Shown: positions 48,546 through 59,549 of the stretch, one piece after another
Position numbering within the stretch: position 1 is the stretch's first letter
How the letters are laid out: the number at the start of each line of letters is the position of its first letter
IMG/VR virus record: IMGVR_UViG_3300037851_000215
Coordinates: 30,219 to 94,218 of that record
DNA length: 64,000 nucleotides
Direction: 5' to 3' (one strand)
From: a virus
Position numbers and translations under genes: made by a program
The notes under the pieces: model-generated
The model's database searches: none
Told to the model about the DNA's origin: nothing
Seen by the model: only the letters and a program-made list of their open reading frames with translations

Positions 48546-49466
48546 TTACTCATTTCCAAGATCAGCATCAAAATTAGTAAGTCCTTCAACTGACTTACCG
48601 TCTCCACTATCACTAAGTGATGTTAATGCAGCAATAACAATTTCTTGCGTAACATTTTCTTCACTAGCAATAACAGCTCTCTGATTAGGAACCTTATGTT
48701 TTACAATCCAAGTATCATAAGTACCAGGAGTACTAGTATCTACTTCACTAACAGGTGTAAAGTTAAGATCACGATACTGAGGATAATTTGCATTACCCTG
48801 TCTTACTTCACATTCAAGTTCATATTTAGCTAAATCAGCAGCAATACCATTTCCTAAAACTACAGCAGTAGTCTGAGTAATAGTAGCATCGCGGAATATA
48901 CCTATTGGAGAAACCTGAAAAGGAATACCTGCTGTATCACCAGTAAGAACAATATCTGTTCCAGAGCTAGCTGTTACAATTTTAAGTGTATCGGCATTAA
49001 CAAGAGTAATAAGAGCTGCAACTACAGCTGCCTCATCATCACCACTCTGTACTTCATAGCTATATGTCCTATTTCTAGTAAGTTGATGTACAGGTTTACT
49101 TAAATCAGTTACGATAAAACCAGCCTCATCACCAACAGCAAGAGAAGTAAGACTAACAGCAATATTCATTACTTTAGCAACCTTAGCAACATATGCCTTA
49201 TAAGTACATGTAGCATTAGCTTTAGTAATTATAGGACTAAATTTAAGTCCATTAGCACTCCTAACTACCAGTTGAAATTTAGCAGGAGTATCAGCTTCAG
49301 AAGTAGCAGCAATGTTTACTACTTGATCATACGTAGCAGAACTAGGATCTTTATCTATCATTGCCCAAGCACCACTAGCTAGTGAACCAAGAGCATCGAT
49401 ATCACTAGAAGCAGGAGTAAGACCCGATGCATACGTATCGTGTGTAACTACCATTAATTGTTTCAT
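48546..49466 (-). CDS. Auxiliary capsid protein (306 aa)
   Basis: Two genes downstream of MCP, before a strong terminator; YKAYVA...and TYDTWIVKH motifs. Confidence 0.6.
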   Translation of the reverse strand: MKQLMVVTHDTYASGLTPASSDIDALGSLASGAWAMIDKDPSSATYDQVVNIAATSEADTPAKFQLVVRSANGLKFSPIITKANATCTYKAYVAKVAKVMNIAVSLTSLAVGDEAGFIVTDLSKPVHQLTRNRTYSYEVQSGDDEAAVVAALITLVNADTLKIVTASSGTDIVLTGDTAGIPFQVSPIGIFRDATITQTTAVVLGNGIAADLAKYELECEVRQGNANYPQYRDLNFTPVSEVDTSTPGTYDTWIVKHKVPNQRAVIASEENVTQEIVIAALTSLSDSGDGKSVEGLTNFDADLGNE

Positions 49467-49481
49467 GTTTCAAATATTTTT

Positions 49482-50465
49482 TTATTTTTTAATTGCAGTG
49501 TATCTAGCTGCAAATTCTTTCACTTTAGCAATTTTATCTACTGCTTCACTACTAAAATATGCAACTGCTTCATCCAATGTATGACCAAGAACAACACTAG
49601 TGTCATTACTATCTACTACAATTGAACTATTAGGAAGTCGTTTAAGAATACCTACTGCACAATATCGTTCAATTCGAGCTTTAGTTGTAAGAGATTTATC
49701 ATTTACGATAGCTAGAAATTCTTTAGGATTAGAGTCAGCAAATGTTTTAAGTTTTGCATCTGCATCAATATCTTCAAAAAGACTAGCATTCTCTCCTTTT
49801 ATAAATAAAATATCTCTAACTTTCTTACGATCTGTAATAATTTCAAGATATTTTTTAGTAGCTTCGATTGTAAGTGAATGATTTGCACGTCTGGTATTAT
49901 CAACTTCTTTTGGATCAACCAGTAGAAACTCAATTTTGACACTCTTATCAATTAGAGTGGCATTGTTAGCAACACGCCTATGATTTAAACAGAATATCCA
50001 AGTAAGATAATCAACTGGATTAATCGGAGTAGCATATTTATATTTTTCAAATTCATCTACTTTACTTAATACATATAATTTAAAATCATCATCTGTATTA
50101 ATTTCCGTTTTATCTGCTAACGCCTTTTTAATTAAAAGCGCAATATTATCTTTACGTGTATGATCATTAAGATCAAAATTAAAACCAATCTCTAATTTTA
50201 CACCACCAATTGGAACTTTAATACCAAAGCTATCCCAATAATTACGAACTTTTCTATACCAATCGTTTTCATTAGGATTACTTAAAATAATAGTAGGCAT
50301 AAGCACTTTTAACATTGCATCATGTTTTGATAGAATGTTTTTAACAGCACCATGACTAGTTCCTAAAGGTTGAGGTGGAGTACCAAATACATCAGCATTG
50401 ATAATCTGGTATACACTAGGATTTATTTTACTTATTAATTCGATTATACGACTTTGAGAAACCAT
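49482..50465 (-). CDS. Conserved crAss-like protein downstream of MCP (327 aa)
   Basis: Synteny; C-terminal LGHTLDEAVAYF motif. Confidence 0.6.
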   Translation of the reverse strand: MVSQSRIIELISKINPSVYQIINADVFGTPPQPLGTSHGAVKNILSKHDAMLKVLMPTIILSNPNENDWYRKVRNYWDSFGIKVPIGGVKLEIGFNFDLNDHTRKDNIALLIKKALADKTEINTDDDFKLYVLSKVDEFEKYKYATPINPVDYLTWIFCLNHRRVANNATLIDKSVKIEFLLVDPKEVDNTRRANHSLTIEATKKYLEIITDRKKVRDILFIKGENASLFEDIDADAKLKTFADSNPKEFLAIVNDKSLTTKARIERYCAVGILKRLPNSSIVVDSNDTSVVLGHTLDEAVAYFSSEAVDKIAKVKEFAARYTAIKK

Positions 50466-50518
50466 GATTATTTATTTATAAGTTAATATCTTTTATATAT
50501 CATTATTGGTATCTACTA

Positions 50519-51994
50519 TTAAAGTGACATTTCAAGCCAGAAAGAAGTAGTAGCATTTTTGAAGTTAATACCTCTAGAAGTCATAACTTCATAACTAGCT
50601 TTATCTTTAGTAGTAGACAACTGACCTGTTTCTCTTTTAATAACAGCTTTCCATGCATCAGGAATTGGAGTAAGACCAAGATAGATACCAGCAATTTCTT
50701 CACGTCCTGCTTCAGCTACAAGCTGAACATTTCGTTCACCAGCCATATCTTTACTATGATCTACAAAAACAAGGTTATAAGAATATAATGGATAACCATT
50801 ATATATCCTACCATTTTCTCTATCCTGTTGTGCAAGTGGACCATGATCAAACATCTTAGCAGGTCTAACTGTAATGGTACGACCATCTATCAGTTTATAC
50901 CTATTAAAATAAGCACCAAACTGAAGAAATCCATCACCAGTTACAACTTTATCACCCATAGCAAGAACATATTCTCCTGCTTCACCCATAAGCATATTAT
51001 GAAACATTTCTGCTCCACCACGTCCTGTATACAGAACAACTTCCATAGGTGTATCATCACTACGATTATCAAATACAGAACGAACTGTATTATCAAATTT
51101 AGTTTTAGTCAGGGTACTAAATGTATCATAGTTACCAGCTGTCTGAATAATTTCTTTTACTCCAGCACCTTTAGGAATAGGAAGTCCTGTTTCAGGATCA
51201 GCAGTTGTAATAATTCCTGCTGTAGTTCTATTATATTCAGAGTGCCAAAGATCAATTTCATCTTCAACTCTACGTTCAAGTTCCCACTGTTTTAATTCAA
51301 AAGGAAGCCACATATTAGTTTTACCACCACCTTCTAAATCAAGTTCAATATTAACAACCTTATTACTGATATTACCAGCAATAACTTTAGAATATCTCTG
51401 CCATCCAAACTGATTAGTAAGTTTACCAGGAACCATTCTATTAGAAGTAGTTCCATCTGAAAACTGACCAGCAACAGAAGTAGGTCCCATTGCCCATGCT
51501 TGACCAGCATAGAAATTAGAAGCAGCAATGTACTCTGTAAGATCGCTTGTAATAAGCTGTACAGTTACACGCCATCTTTTTTCACCTTCTTTCTTAGGTT
51601 CACTCTGAAAACGTACCTGATGAAGTTGATCTGGAGTAAATGCTGAATACTGATAATGAATCCAGTTGTCTTCAAAATAAACATCAAAAGGCATACAATT
51701 AAGCCCAGGGTAGCTAAGATTAGTATCAGCAAGTGCTACAACCTTAGTAGTCCATCTAGTCTTACCCATAACAGGCCAAGTATACTGTGTATCATTAAGC
51801 GCAATAGGCTTAACTGATTTAAAAGCATTCTGACCTTGTGTTGCGGTAAGTAGAGGAAACATATCACTATCTTTACCCCAAAGATAAGTGAGATTTTTAC
51901 TTAGAGTAACCTGATCGATAAGACCATGTTTATACAGTACATTCTCATCAAGATGAGTTTGACTGTTGTACTCTGTTGAAAAAAGTTCTCTCAT
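50519..51994 (-). CDS. Major capsid protein (491 aa)
   Basis: LTYLWGKDSDMFPLL, IPKGAGVKE, LYTGRGG, MFDHG motifs; synteny; tandem TAA-TAG-TAG stops. Confidence 0.88.
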   Translation of the reverse strand: MRELFSTEYNSQTHLDENVLYKHGLIDQVTLSKNLTYLWGKDSDMFPLLTATQGQNAFKSVKPIALNDTQYTWPVMGKTRWTTKVVALADTNLSYPGLNCMPFDVYFEDNWIHYQYSAFTPDQLHQVRFQSEPKKEGEKRWRVTVQLITSDLTEYIAASNFYAGQAWAMGPTSVAGQFSDGTTSNRMVPGKLTNQFGWQRYSKVIAGNISNKVVNIELDLEGGGKTNMWLPFELKQWELERRVEDEIDLWHSEYNRTTAGIITTADPETGLPIPKGAGVKEIIQTAGNYDTFSTLTKTKFDNTVRSVFDNRSDDTPMEVVLYTGRGGAEMFHNMLMGEAGEYVLAMGDKVVTGDGFLQFGAYFNRYKLIDGRTITVRPAKMFDHGPLAQQDRENGRIYNGYPLYSYNLVFVDHSKDMAGERNVQLVAEAGREEIAGIYLGLTPIPDAWKAVIKRETGQLSTTKDKASYEVMTSRGINFKNATTSFWLEMSL

Positions 51995-52009
51995 ACGTTT
52001 TTAATTAAT

Positions 52010-53311
52010 TTAATGAATTGGTAATACAATTTTTCCTTTACTTTGAGTTCCGCTTCCACCACTAGCCGATTTAGTATTTATCTTAAGGATTTGTTTGACT
52101 GCATTATTATTTACATTAGCAGCGATAAGTTGTGAATCATCGTACTTTGTAAATCGTCTATATGCTTCAAATAAATCATTGTGGGGTGTGCGTTGTGTAC
52201 TTTCTATATATTCATCATAATCATGTTGTGTCATGATATATGATTTGTTATCTATTGTAAATGTAAGAGGTTGTTCAATATATTTCTTAAAATCATCAAT
52301 AGTTTTAGTAACAATTTTACCATTTGCTTCTTTAACCTGAATTATATCTGGAATTTTAAAATTCTTATCTCCTAATTTTAATTGTTTATTAGTAAAAATT
52401 CCATTAATTTCATTCCAATATGCTTTATTAGCAGCTTCTTGTGCAGCTTTAACAGCAGCAGCATCAGTTGCTAATTTTGTTTTATCAGCTTCTTGTCTAG
52501 TTTTTAAATAAGAAAGAGAACTTACAGCTGCATCTTTCAGTTTTTTATCTTCTTTCAGATATTTAATCATATCTGCTATTTCAGCAGCAGGTACACCTTG
52601 AGCTGTTTTAGCTCTTGTATAAATATCTATTTGCTGATTTTCATCATCTTCTTTTATAGTAATTGTAGAATAATCTACTTGTTCAGTAAACTGTTCCAAA
52701 TTACCATGTACTGTTAGATGATCTATTATATTACTAAGAATTGGAAACTTAGTAAATAATTCATTAGTAGATTGTGTTTTACCTAGATCAAGTGATGCTT
52801 TCTGTAAATCTTGAATATATTGAGTCATACCTTCAAGAGTATTCTCATAAGCAACAGGTGTATTATCAGAACCTACAGGAATAAAATTAGTTACTTTTTG
52901 TAATTCACTAATATAATTTACTTCAGGTTCTCCATCATCTTGTGCAAGAAGTAATGTTTTTAACTCAGCTTTAGTTTTGAACACATTACCATCTTTTTTA
53001 ATACTACCATCTTTTTCTACAGTGTATTTAACACCATCTAATTCTACTTCAGCTCCTTCAACTAAAGATGCTTCAATAGAAGCACTACGTTCAGCTAATT
53101 TAGCCGCTTTAGCTCTCTCATCATCTGATAAAGAAGCACTTGTTTTAAGTGTTTCTAATTCAGCTTTTGTTTTAACAATTTTTCCATCTTCTCCTATCGC
53201 ATCTCCATCTTTATTTACTTTAAAAGTAGTTTCACCTATAACCAGATCAGTTAATTCTGGTACAGGTGGAGTTAAAGTAGGATTACCAACAGGTAAATTA
53301 AATTTGTTCAT
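52010..53311 (-). CDS. Scaffold-like capsid assembly protein (433 aa)
   Basis: Directly upstream of MCP; charged helical; duplicated KDG...KTKAEL(E/K)TL repeat. Confidence 0.6.
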   Translation of the reverse strand: MNKFNLPVGNPTLTPPVPELTDLVIGETTFKVNKDGDAIGEDGKIVKTKAELETLKTSASLSDDERAKAAKLAERSASIEASLVEGAEVELDGVKYTVEKDGSIKKDGNVFKTKAELKTLLLAQDDGEPEVNYISELQKVTNFIPVGSDNTPVAYENTLEGMTQYIQDLQKASLDLGKTQSTNELFTKFPILSNIIDHLTVHGNLEQFTEQVDYSTITIKEDDENQQIDIYTRAKTAQGVPAAEIADMIKYLKEDKKLKDAAVSSLSYLKTRQEADKTKLATDAAAVKAAQEAANKAYWNEINGIFTNKQLKLGDKNFKIPDIIQVKEANGKIVTKTIDDFKKYIEQPLTFTIDNKSYIMTQHDYDEYIESTQRTPHNDLFEAYRRFTKYDDSQLIAANVNNNAVKQILKINTKSASGGSGTQSKGKIVLPIH

Positions 53312-53418
53312 AATTTCATTTTTTTTCAGTTAATAATCTGTTATAAGTATAAAATTACATATAATACTACCAGTAATAATAGCAGCTTTATTAAACCAGC
53401 TATATCGGGTAATATATA

Positions 53419-55761
53419 TTATTTTTGTTTATTTTTATTTGATTGTTGTATTCGTTTATTAGCAATACGTTCTGCACTATTTATTTGTTTTTCACGTAAT
53501 TGATTTTTAATATTAGCATCATTACGTTTAAACTCAAGTTCGTCCCTACGAAGTGAATTATCATCTACAGTTGGGACATTAAAATCAATAGGAGAAGTAT
53601 CACCTAAGTTACTATTATTTATTTCAGCAACTCGAATACTAGCTTCTGCAGCAATTTGATCACCAGTTAGCTTAGTCTGATTAATTCCATCTTGTCTAAT
53701 ATTAGCTTGATCTGCAACATATCTAGCTGTTTCATTTCTATCTGCTTCAATTCTAGCATTTAATTCACGTTCAGCTTTGACTAATTCAGTTATAGCTTGA
53801 CGTAATTCAGGTACACTATCATGTTCAACTGCAGCAACAGCAGCTTCAGCATTACCTTTTTGACTTAGACCAAATGCAATATTACGTAATGCATCAACTT
53901 TATCTTGATCAACTTTAGAATTTTCAACTGTAACACCTGCATCTATCTCTCTAAATTCTTCTAAATTGAAATCTATATAAATATGTTTACCACTTTTCTT
54001 ATCAACATAATTAACACGAATGTCATCATTATAAGCAGCTTTAGCAAATTCAATATCAGCAATATGATCTTTTTCTAAAGCAGAATGAAACATAGTAATC
54101 ATTAATACATTACCTAATCTAGCTCTATAAATACTTTCTTGCATAACACCTTTACCGGTACTAGCCATAGTATTACCTAAAGCATAATCATTCATATTAG
54201 CAATTTCTAATGCTTCATTTTTATATTTATCTCTTAAATCGATTAATATTTTTAAATAATTTTCTAAACCATTTAAATTAATTACTCTAAATGCTTGTGC
54301 AACGGTATTAAAATCTACAATTGTATCATCATAAAATAAAGTATTATCTGCTTTGATATAAAACATTTTTTCATTTTTACTACCAGCAGAATCATCTTTA
54401 ATCATACTTAATGGCATAGTAACAATATAACCCTGATACTTAGCCATAGTTCTTTCTTGCTGTGCAGCAATAAGTCTATCTATAATTGCATATGAAATAA
54501 GACGATTAGGAATTGGATTTTGTTTAATATTTCTTAAAATACCTTTTTTACCGCCAACTGGTAATTTAGGTATCATAGTATGTTTATCATATCTTTGAAC
54601 AGCACAAGGTTCAGGAGTAAGATATACACCTGTAATATCATTACCAAATCTTTTTCCTATATAAACTTCTTCAATCCACTCTTTACGTAATTCTATATCT
54701 ACACCTTCTAATTTAACATAATCTTCAGAAACAGCTTCTTCATATATATTACCAAATGGATCATAAAATTTACGAATAGTAACTGGAATAAATGTACGCC
54801 AAATTATAGTATATTCATCTAATGCTTCATATTTATCAGTAACATCATATTCTTCAGAAGAATGTAAACTAAATTCAGATGCTCTACTTGTATCCCAAGT
54901 TCTACTAGCTAACCAACCACCTTTTATAGCAAAAACACCATTATCCCGTTTAGTTAATTCTTCTATATAAGTTTTTTCAATATTACTTAATTTATTCCAA
55001 TATAATTCACGTACTTTACTCAACGTAGTACGTTTCTTTATAACAAAACCTGTAAAATCTTCTACAAATTGTTCATCATTATAAATAGGATATGCTTCAG
55101 TAGGAGAAATAATAGAAGTATATACTTCATTATTTATAATTTCACGATATGTATAAAATTCTTCAGTAGCCCACCAATAATAAAAAGCTTGAATACGTTT
55201 ATCATCAAAATTATTAAGCGTATTCATATATTTAAGTAGATTTAGTGCTTTAGTAGCACGATCATCTATCCATTTCTCTTTAAATTCTTTTGCAAACTTT
55301 TCAATATCAGGCACTTCTTTTGTAGGCACACCTGTATTAATAGTTTGTTGATTAAGTAAATTAATTAATGCTTGTTGCATTAATGTATTAACTTCTTCTC
55401 TAACTTTTAAATCTCTGCGTAATATAGCATCTGCGTTATGTACAGCTACAGTAAACTTATAAGGTAAACCTATATATTCTCCTATGTTACGTTCACGTAT
55501 TGTATTAATTAAGTCTGTATCTCGTATTTCACCAGGCATTTTAGCAATAGTCTGACGAGTTTCAGGATTAACTAATGGACTAACAAAATACTTAATTGAA
55601 TCAGTATTTATTTTACCATTAGCTGCATCTAACCATTTAAGTAATTCTGTCTTATCATTAAGTGCCATTGCCTTACTAATAAGATAATCATAAGTAGGTT
55701 TATAGAAAGAATCATCTTCCTTTTTACTTCTACTAGTGTATTGATTAGGATAATCTATCAT
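53419..55761 (-). CDS. Portal protein (780 aa)
   Basis: Follows TerL; size; WIEEVYIGKRFG, KLPVGG motifs; coiled-coil C-terminus. Confidence 0.88.
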   Translation of the reverse strand: MIDYPNQYTSRSKKEDDSFYKPTYDYLISKAMALNDKTELLKWLDAANGKINTDSIKYFVSPLVNPETRQTIAKMPGEIRDTDLINTIRERNIGEYIGLPYKFTVAVHNADAILRRDLKVREEVNTLMQQALINLLNQQTINTGVPTKEVPDIEKFAKEFKEKWIDDRATKALNLLKYMNTLNNFDDKRIQAFYYWWATEEFYTYREIINNEVYTSIISPTEAYPIYNDEQFVEDFTGFVIKKRTTLSKVRELYWNKLSNIEKTYIEELTKRDNGVFAIKGGWLASRTWDTSRASEFSLHSSEEYDVTDKYEALDEYTIIWRTFIPVTIRKFYDPFGNIYEEAVSEDYVKLEGVDIELRKEWIEEVYIGKRFGNDITGVYLTPEPCAVQRYDKHTMIPKLPVGGKKGILRNIKQNPIPNRLISYAIIDRLIAAQQERTMAKYQGYIVTMPLSMIKDDSAGSKNEKMFYIKADNTLFYDDTIVDFNTVAQAFRVINLNGLENYLKILIDLRDKYKNEALEIANMNDYALGNTMASTGKGVMQESIYRARLGNVLMITMFHSALEKDHIADIEFAKAAYNDDIRVNYVDKKSGKHIYIDFNLEEFREIDAGVTVENSKVDQDKVDALRNIAFGLSQKGNAEAAVAAVEHDSVPELRQAITELVKAERELNARIEADRNETARYVADQANIRQDGINQTKLTGDQIAAEASIRVAEINNSNLGDTSPIDFNVPTVDDNSLRRDELEFKRNDANIKNQLREKQINSAERIANKRIQQSNKNKQK

Positions 55762-55763
55762 AA

Positions 55764-58031
55764 TTAATTTACTCTATATAATCCAATACCACTTAAAAAT
55801 GTCTGTTGTCCTTGTTGATAGTCAGGTTTTCTTTTTTTAGTAATATAAGCAAGACGTTCAAAAGTAAGAACTCTAAGAGCTGAAATTCTATCAAAATTAC
55901 CTTTTATATTATACTGTTGAAATTCTAATAGAGTAGGTAAATCGAATATATAGTGTAAGCGATAAACTGGAGTGTCATCTTCATTTAAATTAACAATTTC
56001 ATATAACCACCGTTTAAGTTGAATAATTCCATTAACTGCATTATCACCTTCTCCTATATAAATTCCATATTCATTAATATTTACTTCTTTAACTTTATTA
56101 GATGTATTTACTAAAGGATTTTTAATTAACCTATGAAGTTTATTCCATCTTTTAAAATCAGCTACTATTGTACCTCTATCAGTTTCAGGTAAACCTTTAG
56201 CATTATAATATTCTAATCCTTTTAAAAACTCATGTGAACAAGCTTCTTGAGAATCATCTCTTCTACCAACATATATAGCTTGTATTTGATCACTAGGAAC
56301 ACCTAAGTCATTAGGATAAGCTAAAATAAATATTGCATTAAGAGAGTTTTTAATAGTAACTTCTTTTATTGTTTTATCTTTACCAACGCTATCTGCTACT
56401 CCATAATATAAATTATTTGGAATAAGACCACCAAAACGTATCGGTTCATGATATATTCTCCACGCCCCATAAACGTCATCTCCTTTTTTAAAGGGAACAT
56501 TAGTAATATAAGGATGAATTTTTTCACCTTTACTATGTAATATATCATTAGTTATAAAATTAACAATACCTTTTTCATTCAATGTAAACTGACCATCTCT
56601 ATAAACAAAAGAAGATTGATTACTACGAACAAATGCAATATGATCGTTTAATTCAGTACTACTAAATATATTTTCATGTTCAATATTAAATGCTTCGCTT
56701 GGACTATTAGCACGCTGTGAACAATAAATAGCATAATCATCAGCTGCCATTTTAGTTTTCTTAGTTAATTTATCTTCTAAATCAATAAGATAAGATTTAA
56801 CTAATAAACTATTTCCATCTTTATCCATATGGGGTTCATAATTCCAAATTTGTGGATGAAAAAATCCACAAGTAGAGTGACGAGAACCTTTATCCCAAAT
56901 ATTTTCAAATGGCATCATACCATTTAAACCTGGATCAAAAAATGCATTACTAAAATCAATCCAATTTGCATCTTTAGTACCACCTGTACCATATACTCTA
57001 ATCGTACCTACTTTACCTTGTCCTATTTCTGTAGCAGACATAGTTACGTTAAGAGTTTGTTGTAATACAGGATTAACTCCTGATTCTTCAAAATCTATTT
57101 CAACAGCAGCTTTACCAACAGCAGCATTAGGATTATCTCTACATGTAACACTTAATGCTTTACTTCTAAATCCATATTTCTTATTACCTGTATGTTTAAG
57201 TTTATAACCTAATTCAATTTCTTCTAGATTTTCACTTAAATAACCACGTTTCCAATAAGTTTTATTTTCATACCAATCTAAACATTTCTTTAACATATCA
57301 CTTGTAGCACCAGGTTCAGTTAAATAAGCTGTATCATATGCTACAAGAAGAATAGTAATATCTGGATTTAAATTAATTGTATTAGCTCCTTGACTACCAC
57401 GTTTATGTGAATATCCTTTACGTCTAGCTTTTCCTTTAGCAAGATGAAAATCATTTTTAGCTATAAATTCATCTGTTTTAAAATTCCAATAATCACCATC
57501 CCAAAATCTAGGAAAACCTTCAACAAATTTTTGTTTTGTTTTACCTGATTTATTTAAAATAATTCTTTCTTCATCAGTAGGAGTACGAAGTATTCTACCA
57601 TAATTAAGATAGTTATAATGATCACCTGTAATTCTAAGTGGATGCAAATAAGAAAGTCGTTCAGTATCTGACTCGGCATTAATATAAGCATCTATATCTT
57701 TTCGATATAGTTTACATGGGGCATCTAGTCCATTTCTACGGCGAAATGTTTCTTGTCTCCAAAAATTATTATATGGAATAGTATTAGGTGCATATGTACA
57801 ATATACGCCTAATTTAATAAAATTATCAGCAACTTCTGTAAATAAATGAGTATTAACGAATATGAAATTCATATTCATTAAAAAACCACCACTATCTCCT
57901 ATTAAAAAATCATCATCATTGTCTATATATCCTGCTGCTCTAGCAGTATTATATTTAGATTTATCTTCAAAACAATAATCAATAAAAGGATGTAAATGTG
58001 GTTTATAATTATATATTTCTGGATTAATCAT
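55764..58031 (-). CDS. terL: Terminase large subunit (755 aa)
   Basis: Walker A-like KARRKGYS, Walker B FEESG, YGTGG, nuclease-domain GNFDRISAL. Confidence 0.92.
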   Translation of the reverse strand: MINPEIYNYKPHLHPFIDYCFEDKSKYNTARAAGYIDNDDDFLIGDSGGFLMNMNFIFVNTHLFTEVADNFIKLGVYCTYAPNTIPYNNFWRQETFRRRNGLDAPCKLYRKDIDAYINAESDTERLSYLHPLRITGDHYNYLNYGRILRTPTDEERIILNKSGKTKQKFVEGFPRFWDGDYWNFKTDEFIAKNDFHLAKGKARRKGYSHKRGSQGANTINLNPDITILLVAYDTAYLTEPGATSDMLKKCLDWYENKTYWKRGYLSENLEEIELGYKLKHTGNKKYGFRSKALSVTCRDNPNAAVGKAAVEIDFEESGVNPVLQQTLNVTMSATEIGQGKVGTIRVYGTGGTKDANWIDFSNAFFDPGLNGMMPFENIWDKGSRHSTCGFFHPQIWNYEPHMDKDGNSLLVKSYLIDLEDKLTKKTKMAADDYAIYCSQRANSPSEAFNIEHENIFSSTELNDHIAFVRSNQSSFVYRDGQFTLNEKGIVNFITNDILHSKGEKIHPYITNVPFKKGDDVYGAWRIYHEPIRFGGLIPNNLYYGVADSVGKDKTIKEVTIKNSLNAIFILAYPNDLGVPSDQIQAIYVGRRDDSQEACSHEFLKGLEYYNAKGLPETDRGTIVADFKRWNKLHRLIKNPLVNTSNKVKEVNINEYGIYIGEGDNAVNGIIQLKRWLYEIVNLNEDDTPVYRLHYIFDLPTLLEFQQYNIKGNFDRISALRVLTFERLAYITKKRKPDYQQGQQTFLSGIGLYRVN

Positions 58032-58658
58032 TTAAGATTCAATGTTATTACCAGGATCCATACTAGAATGTTTAACATCACCACCTCGCATAATTTGAAC
58101 AGCTTTTTCTTCTTCTTCTAAAAGACTCATAGCTTCTCTTAATTTTTTAGCTTGTTGTGGTATAGTAGTAGCAATATCAATAAGTTTTTGTTGATATTCT
58201 AAAATTTCTTTAATTTGATCTCTATTAAGTGTGGGAAGTTCTAATGTAGCTGTTAAATTATTTTCAATCTTTTCTACAATACGATCATTTAATGTAAAAA
58301 GACGAATTAATGTTTTAATTGCTTTTTTAGCTGGACTAAGATGTTCTTTTTCATACTGTACCATAACAGCACGAACAACATCATCAGGTTTATAATCAGA
58401 TGGTAATTTAGCATGTTTAATTGCATATTCGTGTGCTTCTTTATCATTAAGACCATGTTGTGCAGGATAAGCTGCAAAATCACACATGAAATAGATATAG
58501 GTAAACTCTTTATAAGCAAACTTTTTATGTCTACCATCAGTATCACCTATAACTTTACCACCTTGATCTCTAACTAAAATTTTTTTGATATTAGGATATA
58601 GAGCAATTTCTTCTCTATCCAATTGAGCTACATCACCATCAAACTTAAAAAACTTCAT
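58032..58658 (-). CDS. Conserved protein upstream of TerL, possible terminase small subunit (208 aa)
   Basis: Position; helical; C-terminal MRGG. Confidence 0.45.
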   Translation of the reverse strand: MKFFKFDGDVAQLDREEIALYPNIKKILVRDQGGKVIGDTDGRHKKFAYKEFTYIYFMCDFAAYPAQHGLNDKEAHEYAIKHAKLPSDYKPDDVVRAVMVQYEKEHLSPAKKAIKTLIRLFTLNDRIVEKIENNLTATLELPTLNRDQIKEILEYQQKLIDIATTIPQQAKKLREAMSLLEEEEKAVQIMRGGDVKHSSMDPGNNIES

Positions 58659-58659
58659 A

Positions 58660-59217
58660 TTAAATAGTAATTACATTTAGTAAACTAGTAGCTATAAATT
58701 TAGCTACAGATTGTTTATTTAGTTTATAACTATCTAAATCAAGTGTATTACTAATGAAACAAACTTCAATTAATATATTTTCACAATTAGGACGCATAAA
58801 TAGTAAAGTACCATGAGCAGATTGTACTTCTGTTTTAACTCCTCTATTATTAGTATTTAAAATACTAGCTATTCCTTTAGATAATGTAGCAGCAAAACTA
58901 CGTTCAAAGTCACTAGATTTAAAAGGAATTAATACTTCAGTTCCACGTACTTTATTATTATTATACCAATTAAAATGAATATCTAATGCTATATCTCTAA
59001 CATCTAATATATCATTTACCATTGCTACATCGTCTTTCAGAACTAAAGCATCTGAATTACTAATAGCATGAATATTTAGTAAACGTAATTCACCAATAAG
59101 AAGTCTACGTAAGTCAACAGTTAGAATTCCTTCTTTAATTCCATCTATACCAGTAGCACCATTATCTTTACCAGGAGCATCTGAATGTCCTGCACTAATA
59201 AATACTCTACGCTTCAT
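58660..59217 (-). CDS. N-acetylmuramoyl-L-alanine amidase (Amidase_3-type endolysin, 185 aa)
   Basis: VFISAGHS, E of GIKEG, LDIHFN and ILIEVCFISN zinc/catalytic motifs. Confidence 0.9.
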   Translation of the reverse strand: MKRRVFISAGHSDAPGKDNGATGIDGIKEGILTVDLRRLLIGELRLLNIHAISNSDALVLKDDVAMVNDILDVRDIALDIHFNWYNNNKVRGTEVLIPFKSSDFERSFAATLSKGIASILNTNNRGVKTEVQSAHGTLLFMRPNCENILIEVCFISNTLDLDSYKLNKQSVAKFIATSLLNVITI

Positions 59218-59549
59218 TATAATACAAGTTTAGTATTTACAGCATATATTTTAGAAGACATTTCTGTATGTTTACCTTTAAAAGGAAAATATAAATCATT
59301 TGTTTTACCATAAGCAGCTAAACGATTTGTAATAATCATAACATTAATATTACTTTTTACAGTAATGAAATTAAAGATATAAGGTTTATCAGTAATTGTA
59401 GATTTACTTACAATAACTGCTGCATCTACTTTAGGATGTTGTTTTAAAAAATAAGATACTGTTTTAGTATCAACATCTTCAAAAACAGCTACACTGTAAT
59501 TTTCAATATTTACAATAGGCTGTTCAACTAATTTTCTAATCTCTTCCAT
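59217..59549 (-). CDS. Hypothetical protein (110 aa)
   Basis: ORF track; translationally coupled both sides. Confidence 0.7.
   Translation of the reverse strand: MEEIRKLVEQPIVNIENYSVAVFEDVDTKTVSYFLKQHPKVDAAVIVSKSTITDKPYIFNFITVKSNINVMIITNRLAAYGKTNDLYFPFKGKHTEMSSKIYAVNTKLVL

Noticed and set aside
50519-58031. Introns or inteins in MCP, portal or terminase
   Set aside because: Genes are continuous, of expected size, with no intein or homing-endonuclease motifs recognised
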